A stretch of 64,000 bases of DNA from a candidate division WOR-3 bacterium (GTDB taxonomy: Bacteria > Hydrothermota > Tepidihabitantia > B3-TA06): positions 126,516 to 190,515 of the forward strand of contig CBFGKC010000001.1 in NCBI GenBank assembly GCA_965649265.1, given 5' to 3'. Position 1 is the stretch's first letter. Every line of letters starts with the position of its first letter. The translations under genes were made by a program, and so were the position numbers. Positions 19,109 through 28,891 of this stretch are shown here, piece by piece. The notes under the pieces were generated by a model, which did not search any database, was not told the DNA's origin, and was given only the letters and a program-made list of their open reading frames with translations.

Positions 19109-19469
19109 TTTGAACCTCCTGTATTTGGTTAAAATGACCTAGTTTTAGTTGACAAACCAGCTAGACTCGTCCTTTTTCTGGCGGTAACTTGTCAATAGCC
19201 CTCTAATTATCACTCATCATCATAATATAGGCACATTGAGGAGCTTGTCAAGGGGTGTCTCCTTTGCCTTCCTCAACTCCCAAAAGCGGTTTCCTTCTCA
19301 GGCGCTCGCTCTCGGCCCTCCTCAGCCTCCCTCAGTCCCCCTCAGTCCCTTCCCTCCCTCCTTGCTTTTGCACAACGTCGCTTGGCCTTGACCGGGCGGG
19401 AAAAATTCCTATCATTAGAGTATAATTTAAAAATACTTCGATTCATCTCATCTGATGTAAGGAGAAAAG

Positions 19470-19754
19470 ATGAAAAGATTCTTGATCGCAATTCCAGCCG
19501 TTGTTGTGGCTCTGGTTCTTGCCGCAGGCTGCGCCAAGAAGGACGTCTCAAAAATCGAAACCCAGCAAGCAGCGACGGTTGGCGAAATGCCCGAGATGGT
19601 CATTTGTTCAATCGATTCCACGGGCCAGGTTCAGATGACGGCCACCGATTCGATACCCAGGTTCGAATACAATGGCAAGACCTACTACTTTTCCTCAAAA
19701 GCTTGCAGGGACATAATCGTGAAAGAGCCCGAAAAGTATCTCGGCTCGGAGTAG
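19470..19754 (+). CDS. YHS-domain lipoprotein
   Basis: Lipobox LAAGC and the YHS-like 'EYNGKTYYFSSKACRDIIVKEPEKYL'. Confidence 0.75.
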   Translation: MKRFLIAIPAVVVALVLAAGCAKKDVSKIETQQAATVGEMPEMVICSIDSTGQVQMTATDSIPRFEYNGKTYYFSSKACRDIIVKEPEKYLGSE

Positions 19755-19802
19755 CTTCCGGAACAAAGCGGTTCTCGCGCCGCTGAAATCAAAAGTTTCC
19801 GC

Positions 19803-19840
19803 CCGCCCCGCCTCGACAAATAAGGCGGGGCGGAATTCTT
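19803..19840 (+). terminator. Putative terminator hairpin
   Basis: CCGCCCCGCCT-N9-AGGCGGGGCGG followed by AATTCTTT. Confidence 0.55.
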
Positions 19841-19896
19841 TGGTTCCCATCGCTCCAAGTACTTGACAAAGCGTCATTCAAGAGTACATTTATTTC

Positions 19897-22800
19897 ATGA
19901 TGGTGTTTCTACAAAAGATTCTCCTCACCCTCACCCTATTTAACCAGTGGCAGGGCTCGGGTCCCGACGGAGGCTTCGTGCGCGCAATCGCCGCGGGGAG
20001 CAATGCCGGGTATGCCTATACTGACCAGGGGCTTTTCAGGTTCGGAAGCGATGCAGTATGGAAGAGGATAGAAACTCCAAATCTCAACCTTATGAAGGAA
20101 GGCGGAGTCAACCAGCTCGCGCTTTTAGGAAACTTCCTCTTCGCGTGCACTCGCCAACACGGCCTGATTGTCAGCACGGACTCCGGCATAACCTGGCAAA
20201 ATGCACCGGGGGGTATCCCGGCGAACGCTGAGGTCGTGGGTATCGTCATGGCAAACACCAACAACATCTTCGTTGCGACCAGGAACCAGGGAATATGGAA
20301 GTACAACGATACAACCAGTTCGTTTTATCAGCCTGCGGGCTGGGAGTTCGCAGGCAGCCAGATAGCGGCAATTGGCGCCACACAAATGGGTGTGGGATAT
20401 GCGGCCGTTGCGATAGAGAATGAACGCATCATACGTATCTGGAGGCCTTTAACAAATGATAATTGGGATGACACGGCCTCCATTCTGAGCGCCCTGGGAG
20501 GAAGGATACTCACCCTCGGCTGGAACCCGGCAGCAACCGCAATATACGTTGGAACTTCGGAAGGGTTCGCTTCGGTTTCTTTTAACGTTATGAATTACGA
20601 CCACAACTGGAGCGCAAACGTGACGTACCCGGAGAGGTTAATCAGGAAGATTTATCCCTATCTGGGTCAACTTTTTGCAGGCACAAACACAGGTATTCTC
20701 AGGGGCGAAGCCTGGTCGGATGTAAATTCAGGGCTCGCTTCACTTGACGTATACACTATCGACTCACCTCCGCTGGGTTCACTTTTTGCGGGTGCATCCG
20801 ACGGCGTATATCAATACAACGGCTCGGGATGGAGCGTCTATGGCAAGCTCAAGGCGCAGACCTTTACCGGCCTCGAGATCGATCCATTGTACCCAAAAAC
20901 GTGTTTCGTCACCTCCAACGGCGGCGGATTCTACAAGAGCCCGGACGGATGCCTTACCTGGAAGCGCTGGGGCCTTGCGGAGTTCACGTCCGGTCTCTGG
21001 CTGTCGTCCTCAAGGGGAGCGGGTTCCAATGTCTACCTCTATGCGGGAAACGCTTCGGGGATAGCGGTTTCTAAGAACGGGGGAGAGGCATGGGTCCAGC
21101 ACCCCGACAATTTTGGCCGCTCTGTAATTTATGTCGCGGCAAGCCTTGCCGTTCCCGAGGAGTGCTGGTTCGTTACTAAACAAAATTTTCCCACGGCCGA
21201 TACCTTCGTGGTCTATCACAGCACCACCGCTTGTGAGAGCGGTGCCGAGGTTTACAATCTCCAGGCCGAAGTCCCGAGGGATATGGCCTACTCGCCTATT
21301 GACCGCAAGATGTTCCTTTTGACCGGCGAGGCTCTTTATCGCTCGAATACAACGGGCGGGGTCGATAAGGTTCCGACCGCTCTTCCTGCAAAAGGAATTC
21401 AGCTCGAGGCGGGGGGAGGGGGCAGGCTGTTTATGCTCGGTGAGTCGGGTAAGATTTATACGAGCGCCAATGCAGGAGACCTGTGGAGCAGCGTGCAGGG
21501 GCCATCGAGCACCGGAACGATCAAGAGAATCGCCGCGGACACATCCTCCGCCGGCTTCCTTGCAGCCGCGGTAGTCTCGGACTCTTATGTCTCCGTATTC
21601 TTCACGACCGACACCGGGAACACCTGGACCAGGATCGGCCAGCCCATCCAGGGTGAAGTGCAAGGACTCGAGGCAGTCGTCCAGGGCGAGCTCGGGCACG
21701 CGTACCTTGCGACACCGGCAGGCGTCAGCTATGGACAGTTCACGGTCTCCACCCAGCCGTCCGATCTTGCATTGACTATATCCCCTCAAACAGGCAGCTT
21801 CCAGCCCGAGATTGGCGCGCTCGCTATTTTCAATCTGGGAGGCGACGACATATCCAAAGTGACGTCCTGGAGCGTCGTCTACCGCGACACCGCAGGAAAC
21901 GAGATTTTCTCCCAGTCGGGAAGCAGCGAGCCTCCGGCCCAGGTCCAATGGGACGGGTTCACGGCCACCGGTTGGCTGCCGGCAGCGGGCATCTATACCG
22001 CCACTTTCTCCGGTCAGACAGGACAGGGAGGTGCATCCGGCAAGGCCGACGCCTCCGTGAATCTCATTATCGCAAACCCGCCCCTTGCGACATCAACGGA
22101 CGCTACGGCGGGCTCGAGACTCCTCCTCCAATACCCGCAGGCGGGCGGAGACCTCGGCAACCTATACTACCGCAGTCGTGACGTCCCCGAGCTTTTCGCG
22201 GTGTCCTACAACAGCGAAGGCGAGGGCAGCTTCTTCTACGGCCAGGGAATAAGCAATTCGCGGGACGTAAAGACGGCCCTGGCAAGCATCGCAATGGCCC
22301 AGGATGGAAGCAACTGGCATACATGGGTCGACGTTACGACCTCAGGGCAGACGTTTCTACTCGTCCAGCACAGCGTGCCGGATTATTCCGTCGATACAGT
22401 GGCAACCTTTGCACAGGACACCGGCATAGTCAATGCCGCAATAGTGACTGCAGCGGACAGCACACCCCTAATCGCCCTAGTCAGAAAAACTTCGTCAGGG
22501 GAGACCGGAGAACTCTATCACCGCTCATCCGGCGCATGGGTTCTCGATACCGTATTCTCGGTCACTGGGACGGACGCCGTTACCGACCTTGACGCCGTGA
22601 GGGTGTCGGACGGTGTGCACGTATTCTTCTGCCGCGGTTCCTCGGGCTACGATCTTTTCTGGAACGGAGCGGGAACGCTTGCAGCCCAGGACACTACGGC
22701 AGGCGCCGTAACGCTCTCGGCGGCTTCTCTCGGCGACGATAAAATTTATCTCGTGTACACGGACGGTTCCGGAAAGCTTTACTTCAAGGAGCGCGCATCG

Positions 22801-23736
22801 AATGTCTGGAGCACCGCTCTTGAACTCGACAGGGGTTCGACAGGCCCCGCATCCAACGTCTCATGCAACGTCAACACATCGGGCAAGGTGACCGTCGCCT
22901 GGCAGGCGGCAGGAGCCGTTTACTACAACCAGAGAACGGGAACGCTCTGGGGTGAGCCGCAGCTGCAGACGCCTCTGGGAAGCGCTTTCTTCCCTCAGCT
23001 TCCGCAGTGCACCTACTCTTCGTCACAGCCGCTTATCGCCTGGACCGAAGGCACAAGCAGGCCGTACTTCGTGCGGATTGTGCCGCTGGGCGAGACCCCT
23101 CCCCCGGATACCATCGCCCTCAGCCTCTATGCACCGCAGTCGCTGGTTCAGGGGAGTTCTCTTGAAGTCGCCGCAAAGACCCAGCGTCTGGTGGATGAGA
23201 TTAAAATTCATCTGCAAAGCATAGACTCCGCCACCGAGTACTGGCCCGACTACCGCTATCCGTCGGAGGATTCCGCGTCTTACGATACGCTCACTGCGAC
23301 CTTTGCAGATACGGTCACGGAAAATTGGCCCGCCGGCCAGTACCGCGTGATTGCCGAGGCCCACCTTGGAGGTATCAGCGCAAAAGTCGAGGACACTCTG
23401 GAGGTGACTTCAGTAGAGCCTGACACAACCGTCCTCGTCGATCCCGCAGAAGTCTTCTTCCTCCCGAACCCGGCGGTCAGGCAGGGCACTGCAAAGATAT
23501 ACTACAATTTGAGCGTCGACGCGACAGCGGTCGAAATCGAAATCTACACGGCCCGCGGCAAGAACATATCCAACTATGAAACGAGCGACCTCGGGGCAGT
23601 CTCCGCCGGCGTCAGGAAATTTCTTGAGATAGACATCTCCGGCCTCGGCTCCGACGTTTACTTCTTCAGATTCACGGCCACCGATGACAGTCTTGAAGCC
23701 GTGACCGTTATCAAGCCTTTCGTGGTGGTTAAATGA
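19897..23736 (+). CDS. Large secreted BNR/beta-propeller protein with FlgD-like Ig domain and PNP-type CTD
   Basis: Asp-box repeats (STDSGITW, SPDGCLTW, SKNGGEAW, TTDTGNTW), FlgD-like 'QWDG...GIYT', and C-terminal 'FFLPNP...IYTARGK...DVYFFRF...KPFVVVK'. Confidence 0.8.
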   Translation: MMVFLQKILLTLTLFNQWQGSGPDGGFVRAIAAGSNAGYAYTDQGLFRFGSDAVWKRIETPNLNLMKEGGVNQLALLGNFLFACTRQHGLIVSTDSGITWQNAPGGIPANAEVVGIVMANTNNIFVATRNQGIWKYNDTTSSFYQPAGWEFAGSQIAAIGATQMGVGYAAVAIENERIIRIWRPLTNDNWDDTASILSALGGRILTLGWNPAATAIYVGTSEGFASVSFNVMNYDHNWSANVTYPERLIRKIYPYLGQLFAGTNTGILRGEAWSDVNSGLASLDVYTIDSPPLGSLFAGASDGVYQYNGSGWSVYGKLKAQTFTGLEIDPLYPKTCFVTSNGGGFYKSPDGCLTWKRWGLAEFTSGLWLSSSRGAGSNVYLYAGNASGIAVSKNGGEAWVQHPDNFGRSVIYVAASLAVPEECWFVTKQNFPTADTFVVYHSTTACESGAEVYNLQAEVPRDMAYSPIDRKMFLLTGEALYRSNTTGGVDKVPTALPAKGIQLEAGGGGRLFMLGESGKIYTSANAGDLWSSVQGPSSTGTIKRIAADTSSAGFLAAAVVSDSYVSVFFTTDTGNTWTRIGQPIQGEVQGLEAVVQGELGHAYLATPAGVSYGQFTVSTQPSDLALTISPQTGSFQPEIGALAIFNLGGDDISKVTSWSVVYRDTAGNEIFSQSGSSEPPAQVQWDGFTATGWLPAAGIYTATFSGQTGQGGASGKADASVNLIIANPPLATSTDATAGSRLLLQYPQAGGDLGNLYYRSRDVPELFAVSYNSEGEGSFFYGQGISNSRDVKTALASIAMAQDGSNWHTWVDVTTSGQTFLLVQHSVPDYSVDTVATFAQDTGIVNAAIVTAADSTPLIALVRKTSSGETGELYHRSSGAWVLDTVFSVTGTDAVTDLDAVRVSDGVHVFFCRGSSGYDLFWNGAGTLAAQDTTAGAVTLSAASLGDDKIYLVYTDGSGKLYFKERASNVWSTALELDRGSTGPASNVSCNVNTSGKVTVAWQAAGAVYYNQRTGTLWGEPQLQTPLGSAFFPQLPQCTYSSSQPLIAWTEGTSRPYFVRIVPLGETPPPDTIALSLYAPQSLVQGSSLEVAAKTQRLVDEIKIHLQSIDSATEYWPDYRYPSEDSASYDTLTATFADTVTENWPAGQYRVIAEAHLGGISAKVEDTLEVTSVEPDTTVLVDPAEVFFLPNPAVRQGTAKIYYNLSVDATAVEIEIYTARGKNISNYETSDLGAVSAGVRKFLEIDISGLGSDVYFFRFTATDDSLEAVTVIKPFVVVK

Positions 23737-25733
23737 GAAACATCGGCCGTATCATCATTGCCTTAACCTTCACGCCTGCCGCCGTAACATCCCTTTCCGC
23801 TCAGCCGGTGGATACGGTATCGTTCCCCGGACTGTCTATCCTCGACATCTCATTCGGCGCGCGCGGCCTTGCCCTTGCAGAGGTCATGCAGGCCATGCCG
23901 GGCGACCGCTTCAGCATCTACAACAATCCTGCGACGTCGGCCCATGCGTCGCAGATAGCCGTGATGGCGGGCGAGCAGAACATGGGTTTCGTCAACTCGC
24001 TCGGCTTCATAGGAATCTTTCCTTTCAAGTTCGGCACGTTCAGCGTAGGCCTCAAGGCGGCGACCGTCACTGGAATTGAAATCAGGCCCGATCCCTCTGA
24101 TCCCGATTACTACGTGCAAAATTCCTCTGTGGTCGCGGCAATTCCGGCTATCTCCTTCGCCCGCAAGTTCGGATCATTCAGCGCGGGTCTTTCCCTTAAA
24201 ACCCCCACCCTCTCTCTCGGCTACAATCCGGATACGTCGAGCGCAAGCTTCACGGATAACCAGGTCAGTCTGGACGTAGGTGCCTACCAGGAGTTCGACA
24301 ATCTCAGCCTTGGACTCGTCATTCAGAATATCGGCCCCTCCTTCTATTTTATCGGTGATACCGCCGACTCTTCCGGTAACCCTCAGCCCTTCAACATATC
24401 AGGCTCGCTGCGTTACGCACTCCTCGATAACAAGCTCGCGCTTCTTGCAGGCGGCGGGTACGGCAAAGCCCGGGGCGTAGTCATCGCCGGGGCAGTCGAA
24501 TATTCTCCATGGAACGTGCTTGCCCTTCGCCTTGGTTACAGCACGGAAAGGCTCTCATCAGGACTGATCGACGGGCTTTCGGTGGGCTTGGGGCTGCGTC
24601 TTGCTAACCTCGAGCTCAACTACTCCTACCTTCCTAATACCCAGGGCTTCGGCGCAGGCGGTTTTCACGGCATCGACATTGGCTTTCACTTCGGAACGAG
24701 CGCGGAGGAGAAGGAAAGACTTCTCGCCGAGGCGCAGAAGGAGGCCGAGAAAAGAGCCCTCGAGATGCAGAAACAGACCAGCCAGAGCCTTTACGAGCAG
24801 GGCATGACCCAGTACAACATGGACCGTTATGACGACGCGCTTTCGAGCTGGGACATGGCTCTCATATGGTGGCCAGATAACGACCAAGCCAAGGAGATGA
24901 TAGCCAAGGTCTCGCTGGAAAAAGAAAAGATGGCTCTCGCCGCGCTCGTAGACCAGGCAAAACAGGCATACGTCAGCAAGAACTTCGTCGCCCTGACGGT
25001 GCTCGCTGAAGAGATTCTAGCCAGAGATTCCACTCACAGTCTTGCGAAGTTCTACAAGGAGGAAGCGCAGAAAGGTCTCGTAGAAGAGTTCATATCGAAG
25101 GCTCCCGCCGCAACACAATCCGATCTCAGGCAGGGCATAGATGCCCTTGCGAAACGTGACTATCATACCGCAATGAGTTCGTTCGAAAAGGTCCTGGAGT
25201 ACGATCCCTCCAACTCGATCGCCCAGGATTACATACGAAAGACCCAGGCGGAGGTAGACCGTTACATAAAAGAGGAACTCGTTACCGTGAATTCCCTTGT
25301 GTCGATGAACAGGTACGGGGAGGCAAAAACGAAAGTTCGCGAGCTTCTGAGCGTCGCACCCAAGAACGCGGAGCTTCTGCAGAAGCTCGGGGAGATAGAC
25401 ACCAGGATATCCGAGGACGTGCAGCGAAGGCTTGAACGAGCCAGTCAGAGCCAGGATCCGGCCCGTACGGAGAAGGAACTAAAGGCCGCGCTCGAGCTCG
25501 ATCCGACGAACAAACAGGCGCAAGAGAACCTTGCCGCCGTTCAGAAGAATGCACAGAAATCCTCCCAGGACGTGCAGAAACTATATCTCCTCGGTGTCGA
25601 ATCCTACTCCGAGAACAACTTTGAACTTGCGATAAGCTACTGGCAAAGGGTGCTCGCGATAGATTCAAATCACGTGAATGCCCGAAAGAATCTAGAGCGC
25701 GCGAAGGCCAAGCTCGCCGCCCTCGGCGGCTAG
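23733..25733 (+). CDS. PorV/PorQ-family beta-barrel fused to C-terminal TPR repeats
   Basis: Signal peptide, PorV signature 'LDISFGARGLALAE...SIYNNPA', alternating beta-strands, then helical TPRs (FEKVLEYDPSN, WQRVLAIDSNH). Confidence 0.8.
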   Translation: MRNIGRIIIALTFTPAAVTSLSAQPVDTVSFPGLSILDISFGARGLALAEVMQAMPGDRFSIYNNPATSAHASQIAVMAGEQNMGFVNSLGFIGIFPFKFGTFSVGLKAATVTGIEIRPDPSDPDYYVQNSSVVAAIPAISFARKFGSFSAGLSLKTPTLSLGYNPDTSSASFTDNQVSLDVGAYQEFDNLSLGLVIQNIGPSFYFIGDTADSSGNPQPFNISGSLRYALLDNKLALLAGGGYGKARGVVIAGAVEYSPWNVLALRLGYSTERLSSGLIDGLSVGLGLRLANLELNYSYLPNTQGFGAGGFHGIDIGFHFGTSAEEKERLLAEAQKEAEKRALEMQKQTSQSLYEQGMTQYNMDRYDDALSSWDMALIWWPDNDQAKEMIAKVSLEKEKMALAALVDQAKQAYVSKNFVALTVLAEEILARDSTHSLAKFYKEEAQKGLVEEFISKAPAATQSDLRQGIDALAKRDYHTAMSSFEKVLEYDPSNSIAQDYIRKTQAEVDRYIKEELVTVNSLVSMNRYGEAKTKVRELLSVAPKNAELLQKLGEIDTRISEDVQRRLERASQSQDPARTEKELKAALELDPTNKQAQENLAAVQKNAQKSSQDVQKLYLLGVESYSENNFELAISYWQRVLAIDSNHVNARKNLERAKAKLAALGG

Positions 25734-25837
25734 ATCCGTCGCATATAATCCTTACCGAGTCCCCTCCCCCTCTTGATCCAATAAATCTCAAATGGAACCG
25801 GTTTAAATGAGCTCTGGATTCTCGCCGAAAGCCTGCG

Positions 25838-27223
25838 TTAGAGGATGTATTGGCTCAAATCCTCATCGGCCACAATGGCGTCGAGCCTTTCCTTGACGAA
25901 CTTTCCGGTAATACTGATATCCCGTTCACCGCTCTCGGGAAGGTCATAGAGGTAGTCCTCCAGGAGTGCAGTCATCACAGTATGCAACCTGCGAGCGCCG
26001 ATGTTCTCCGAACGCTCGTTCAGGAGCGTGGCAATCTCGGCAACGGCCTCGACGCCGTCTTCGGAGAACGAAAGCGCTGTTCCCTCGGTCATAAGCAGCG
26101 CCTGATACTGCTTGACGAGGGCTGTTTCCGGCTCCGTGAGGATTCTCTGAAAATCCTCTTTGTTCAGGGAATCGAGCTCGACCCTTATGGGAAAGCGGCC
26201 CTGAAGCTCCGGAATCAAATCAGATGGTTTTGTCTTGTGAAACGCGCCGGCGGCTATGAAGAGGATGTGATCTGTTTTTACGAGACCGTACTTGGTCGAA
26301 ACGTTTGAGCCTTCAACAATCGGCAGAAGATCTCTCTGGACTCCTTCTCTTGAAACGTCGGGTCCGGAATGTGGTCCCTCAGTGCCCGCGATCTTGTCTA
26401 TCTCGTCCACGAATACTATGCCCGAGTTCTCCGCGCGCTCCCTCGCGAGCGAAGCCACCTCATCCATATCGACGAGCTTGGATGCCTCTTCTTGCGTGAG
26501 TATGCGAAGTGCCTCTTTTACGTTCACTTTCCGCGTCTTATGCTTCCGCGGCATTGAATTCTGCAGCATTTCCTGCAACTCCACATTGACCTCATCCATT
26601 CCGCTCATGCGGAAAAGATCGAACAGACCCTGAGGTTCGCGAGCAATCTCGATCTCAACGGTTCGGTCATCCAGGAGGCCCGCACCAAGCATCTTGCGGA
26701 GTTTAGCCCTTGTCTCCGCGTGCGAATCAGGCTCGCCCTCTGCCGGTTGCGGCATGGACGGTAGAAGTAAATCCAGAAGCCTCTCCCGTGCGTTTGCCTC
26801 AGCTTTCGGCAGCGCCTCCTGCTCCTTTTCCTTGCGGATCATCTTTACCGCAATCTCTACGAGGTCGCGAATCATTGACTCCACGTCGCGGCCCACGTAT
26901 CCGACTTCTGTGAACTTTGAGGCTTCCACTTTTACGAACGGCGCTTGGGCCAGCTGGGCCAGGCGCCTTGCTATTTCTGTCTTGCCCACGCCTGTCGGTC
27001 CTATCATTATTATGTTGGCGGGGTAAATCTCCTCCTTCAACTTGCCCTCTACCCTCTGACGGCGCCAGCGGTTGCGCAGCGCTATGGCCACCGCCCGCTT
27101 TGCCTCGTCCTGTCCGACTATGTATCTGTCGAGTTCCTTAACGATCTGTGAAGGCGTGAACATGCCGCCTTCCTTGATAAGCACCCCCAGGGGGGCATTC
27201 TTCTTTTCAATATCTTCTGCCAT
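25838..27223 (-). CDS. hslU: ATP-dependent protease ATPase subunit HslU
   Basis: '[25 protein letters not shown]', [27 protein letters not shown] and ENIGARRL. Start set at the ATG at 27223 from the promoter position. Confidence 0.95.
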   Translation of the reverse strand: MAEDIEKKNAPLGVLIKEGGMFTPSQIVKELDRYIVGQDEAKRAVAIALRNRWRRQRVEGKLKEEIYPANIIMIGPTGVGKTEIARRLAQLAQAPFVKVEASKFTEVGYVGRDVESMIRDLVEIAVKMIRKEKEQEALPKAEANARERLLDLLLPSMPQPAEGEPDSHAETRAKLRKMLGAGLLDDRTVEIEIAREPQGLFDLFRMSGMDEVNVELQEMLQNSMPRKHKTRKVNVKEALRILTQEEASKLVDMDEVASLARERAENSGIVFVDEIDKIAGTEGPHSGPDVSREGVQRDLLPIVEGSNVSTKYGLVKTDHILFIAAGAFHKTKPSDLIPELQGRFPIRVELDSLNKEDFQRILTEPETALVKQYQALLMTEGTALSFSEDGVEAVAEIATLLNERSENIGARRLHTVMTALLEDYLYDLPESGERDISITGKFVKERLDAIVADEDLSQYIL

Positions 27224-27370
27224 GCCTTCAATCTTAGGTGCCGAAACCCTGATGTCAAGCGGTCTCGCGCGCAAAAGAATCCCCCGGTGCACCTGAGATC
27301 TGTCAAAATAGGATCATAATGGACGGTCTGCATTATCAAGTGGGAGGAAGGGAAGTATGTTGTCTCAGGT

Positions 27371-27850
27371 CTATCTTGAAAACTTCGATCTGAGCACAGC
27401 CTCGACCGCCGGCGGACAAAGCTCGGAGACGTCGCCGCCGAAGCGGGCTATTTCCTTGACTATCGAGCTCGAGATGAAAATGTAGCTCTCGGCCGGCATC
27501 AGGAATATGGTCTCGATCTTGGGGGCAAGTTTGCGGTTCGCGAGCGCGAGCTGAAATTCGTAATCGAAGTCCGACACCGCTCGCAGCCCCCTTATTATGA
27601 AATCCGCATTCCGCGACCTGGCGAATTCGATCAGCAATCCGTTGAAAGTCGCAACCTCCACTCTTGGCTCGTCATTGAGAACCTCCCTGATAAGCTCGGC
27701 ACGTTCTGTTGCAGTAAACAACGGGTTCTTCTCCCTGCGATCGGCTACGCCGATGATGAGCTTGTCGCAAAGAGAGAGCGCTCTCATCATAACATCGAGA
27801 TGACCGTTCGTGACGGGGTCAAACGTGCCCGGATACACTGCCGTTATCAC
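27371..27850 (-). CDS. coaD: Pantetheine-phosphate adenylyltransferase
   Basis: YPGTFDPVTNGHLD, RGLRAVSDFDYE and ISSSIVKEIA. Confidence 0.96.
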   Translation of the reverse strand: MITAVYPGTFDPVTNGHLDVMMRALSLCDKLIIGVADRREKNPLFTATERAELIREVLNDEPRVEVATFNGLLIEFARSRNADFIIRGLRAVSDFDYEFQLALANRKLAPKIETIFLMPAESYIFISSSIVKEIARFGGDVSELCPPAVEAVLRSKFSR

Positions 27851-28392
27851 TGGCGCCTTCTTATGAAGCTAAGGACAGTGTCGCCGTACTCCCTTGCATC
27901 CTCGAGTTCGAGCTTATCTGGAATTGAAAGCTCCTGGTCTTTTGCATGCTCCACTACTATCAGCGTCTCTCCCATAAGCCCGGGGTTCGCCGCAAGAAGT
28001 GCAAGGGTCTCGGAAGCCAGACCCGAGCGGTATGGCGGGTCGCAAAAGATATGGGTCGCGAAGAACTTAGACTGTTTGAGATAAGTTCTTACGTCCTGCT
28101 TCACGACAATTGAAATGTCCTCGACGCCCAGCATCTGGATGTTGGCCTCAAGCATGCGGCACACGTTGGGGTTCTGCTCGACGAACACGGCCTGCCTTGC
28201 GCCGCGGGAGAGCGCCTCGAGACCTAGCGCTCCTGCCGCTGCATAAAGATCGAGTACTCTTGCATCTACGATCTCGTCTCCAATAATAGAAAAGAGTGCT
28301 TCCTTGACCTTGTCCATAGTGGGGCGGAAGCGTTCGCCCTCCGGGTATCGCAAAACCCTTCCACCGAATTCTCCTGCGGTTATCCTTGGCAT
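27847..28392 (-). CDS. rsmD: 16S rRNA (guanine966-N2)-methyltransferase
   Basis: [29 protein letters not shown] and DPPY. Adjacent to coaD, as is common. Confidence 0.93.
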   Translation of the reverse strand: MPRITAGEFGGRVLRYPEGERFRPTMDKVKEALFSIIGDEIVDARVLDLYAAAGALGLEALSRGARQAVFVEQNPNVCRMLEANIQMLGVEDISIVVKQDVRTYLKQSKFFATHIFCDPPYRSGLASETLALLAANPGLMGETLIVVEHAKDQELSIPDKLELEDAREYGDTVLSFIRRRQ

Positions 28393-28883
28393 TTCTCCTC
28401 CTCGTATTGGAGTCGTTCAAAATGAACGCCGCTTTGGGAGAGCATCTGGGTACCCAGCTTGTCCGCGTAAGGCTCCAGATATACAATCCTGACTATGCCA
28501 GAATTGATCAGTAACTTCGAACACGTGACACATGGCTGGGTATTACAGTAAATCGTGCCGCCCTCGAGCGCTATCCCGAACCTTGAAGCCTGCACGAGCG
28601 CGTTCTGCTCGGCGTGTATTCCGCGGCATATCTCCACGCGCTCGCCCGACGGTATACCCAGCTCTTCCCTCAGGCATCCGGCTTCAAGACAATGCTCTAG
28701 CCCTTTTGGCGCGCCGTTGTATCCGGTAGCAAGGATGTGTTTATCCCTGACAACCACGGCTCCGACCTTGCGTCTTATGCAAGTGGAGCGCTCCGCGACC
28801 AGCTCCGCTATCTTCATGAAGTACACGTCCCAGGGAAGCCTGTCTCTCCTTTTATCAGCATGCATCGCGCCTTCTGCTCCCAT
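28380..28883 (-). CDS. dCMP/cytidine deaminase family protein (ComEB-like)
   Basis: [23 protein letters not shown] and PCxxC zinc motifs. Confidence 0.9.
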   Translation of the reverse strand: MGAEGAMHADKRRDRLPWDVYFMKIAELVAERSTCIRRKVGAVVVRDKHILATGYNGAPKGLEHCLEAGCLREELGIPSGERVEICRGIHAEQNALVQASRFGIALEGGTIYCNTQPCVTCSKLLINSGIVRIVYLEPYADKLGTQMLSQSGVHFERLQYEEEKCQG

Positions 28884-28891
28884 GCCGGCTC

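Noticed and set aside
19316-19360. Short tandem CTCAG(T/C)C repeats
   Set aside because: Three imperfect 10-mers in a low-complexity pyrimidine tract with no supportable function.
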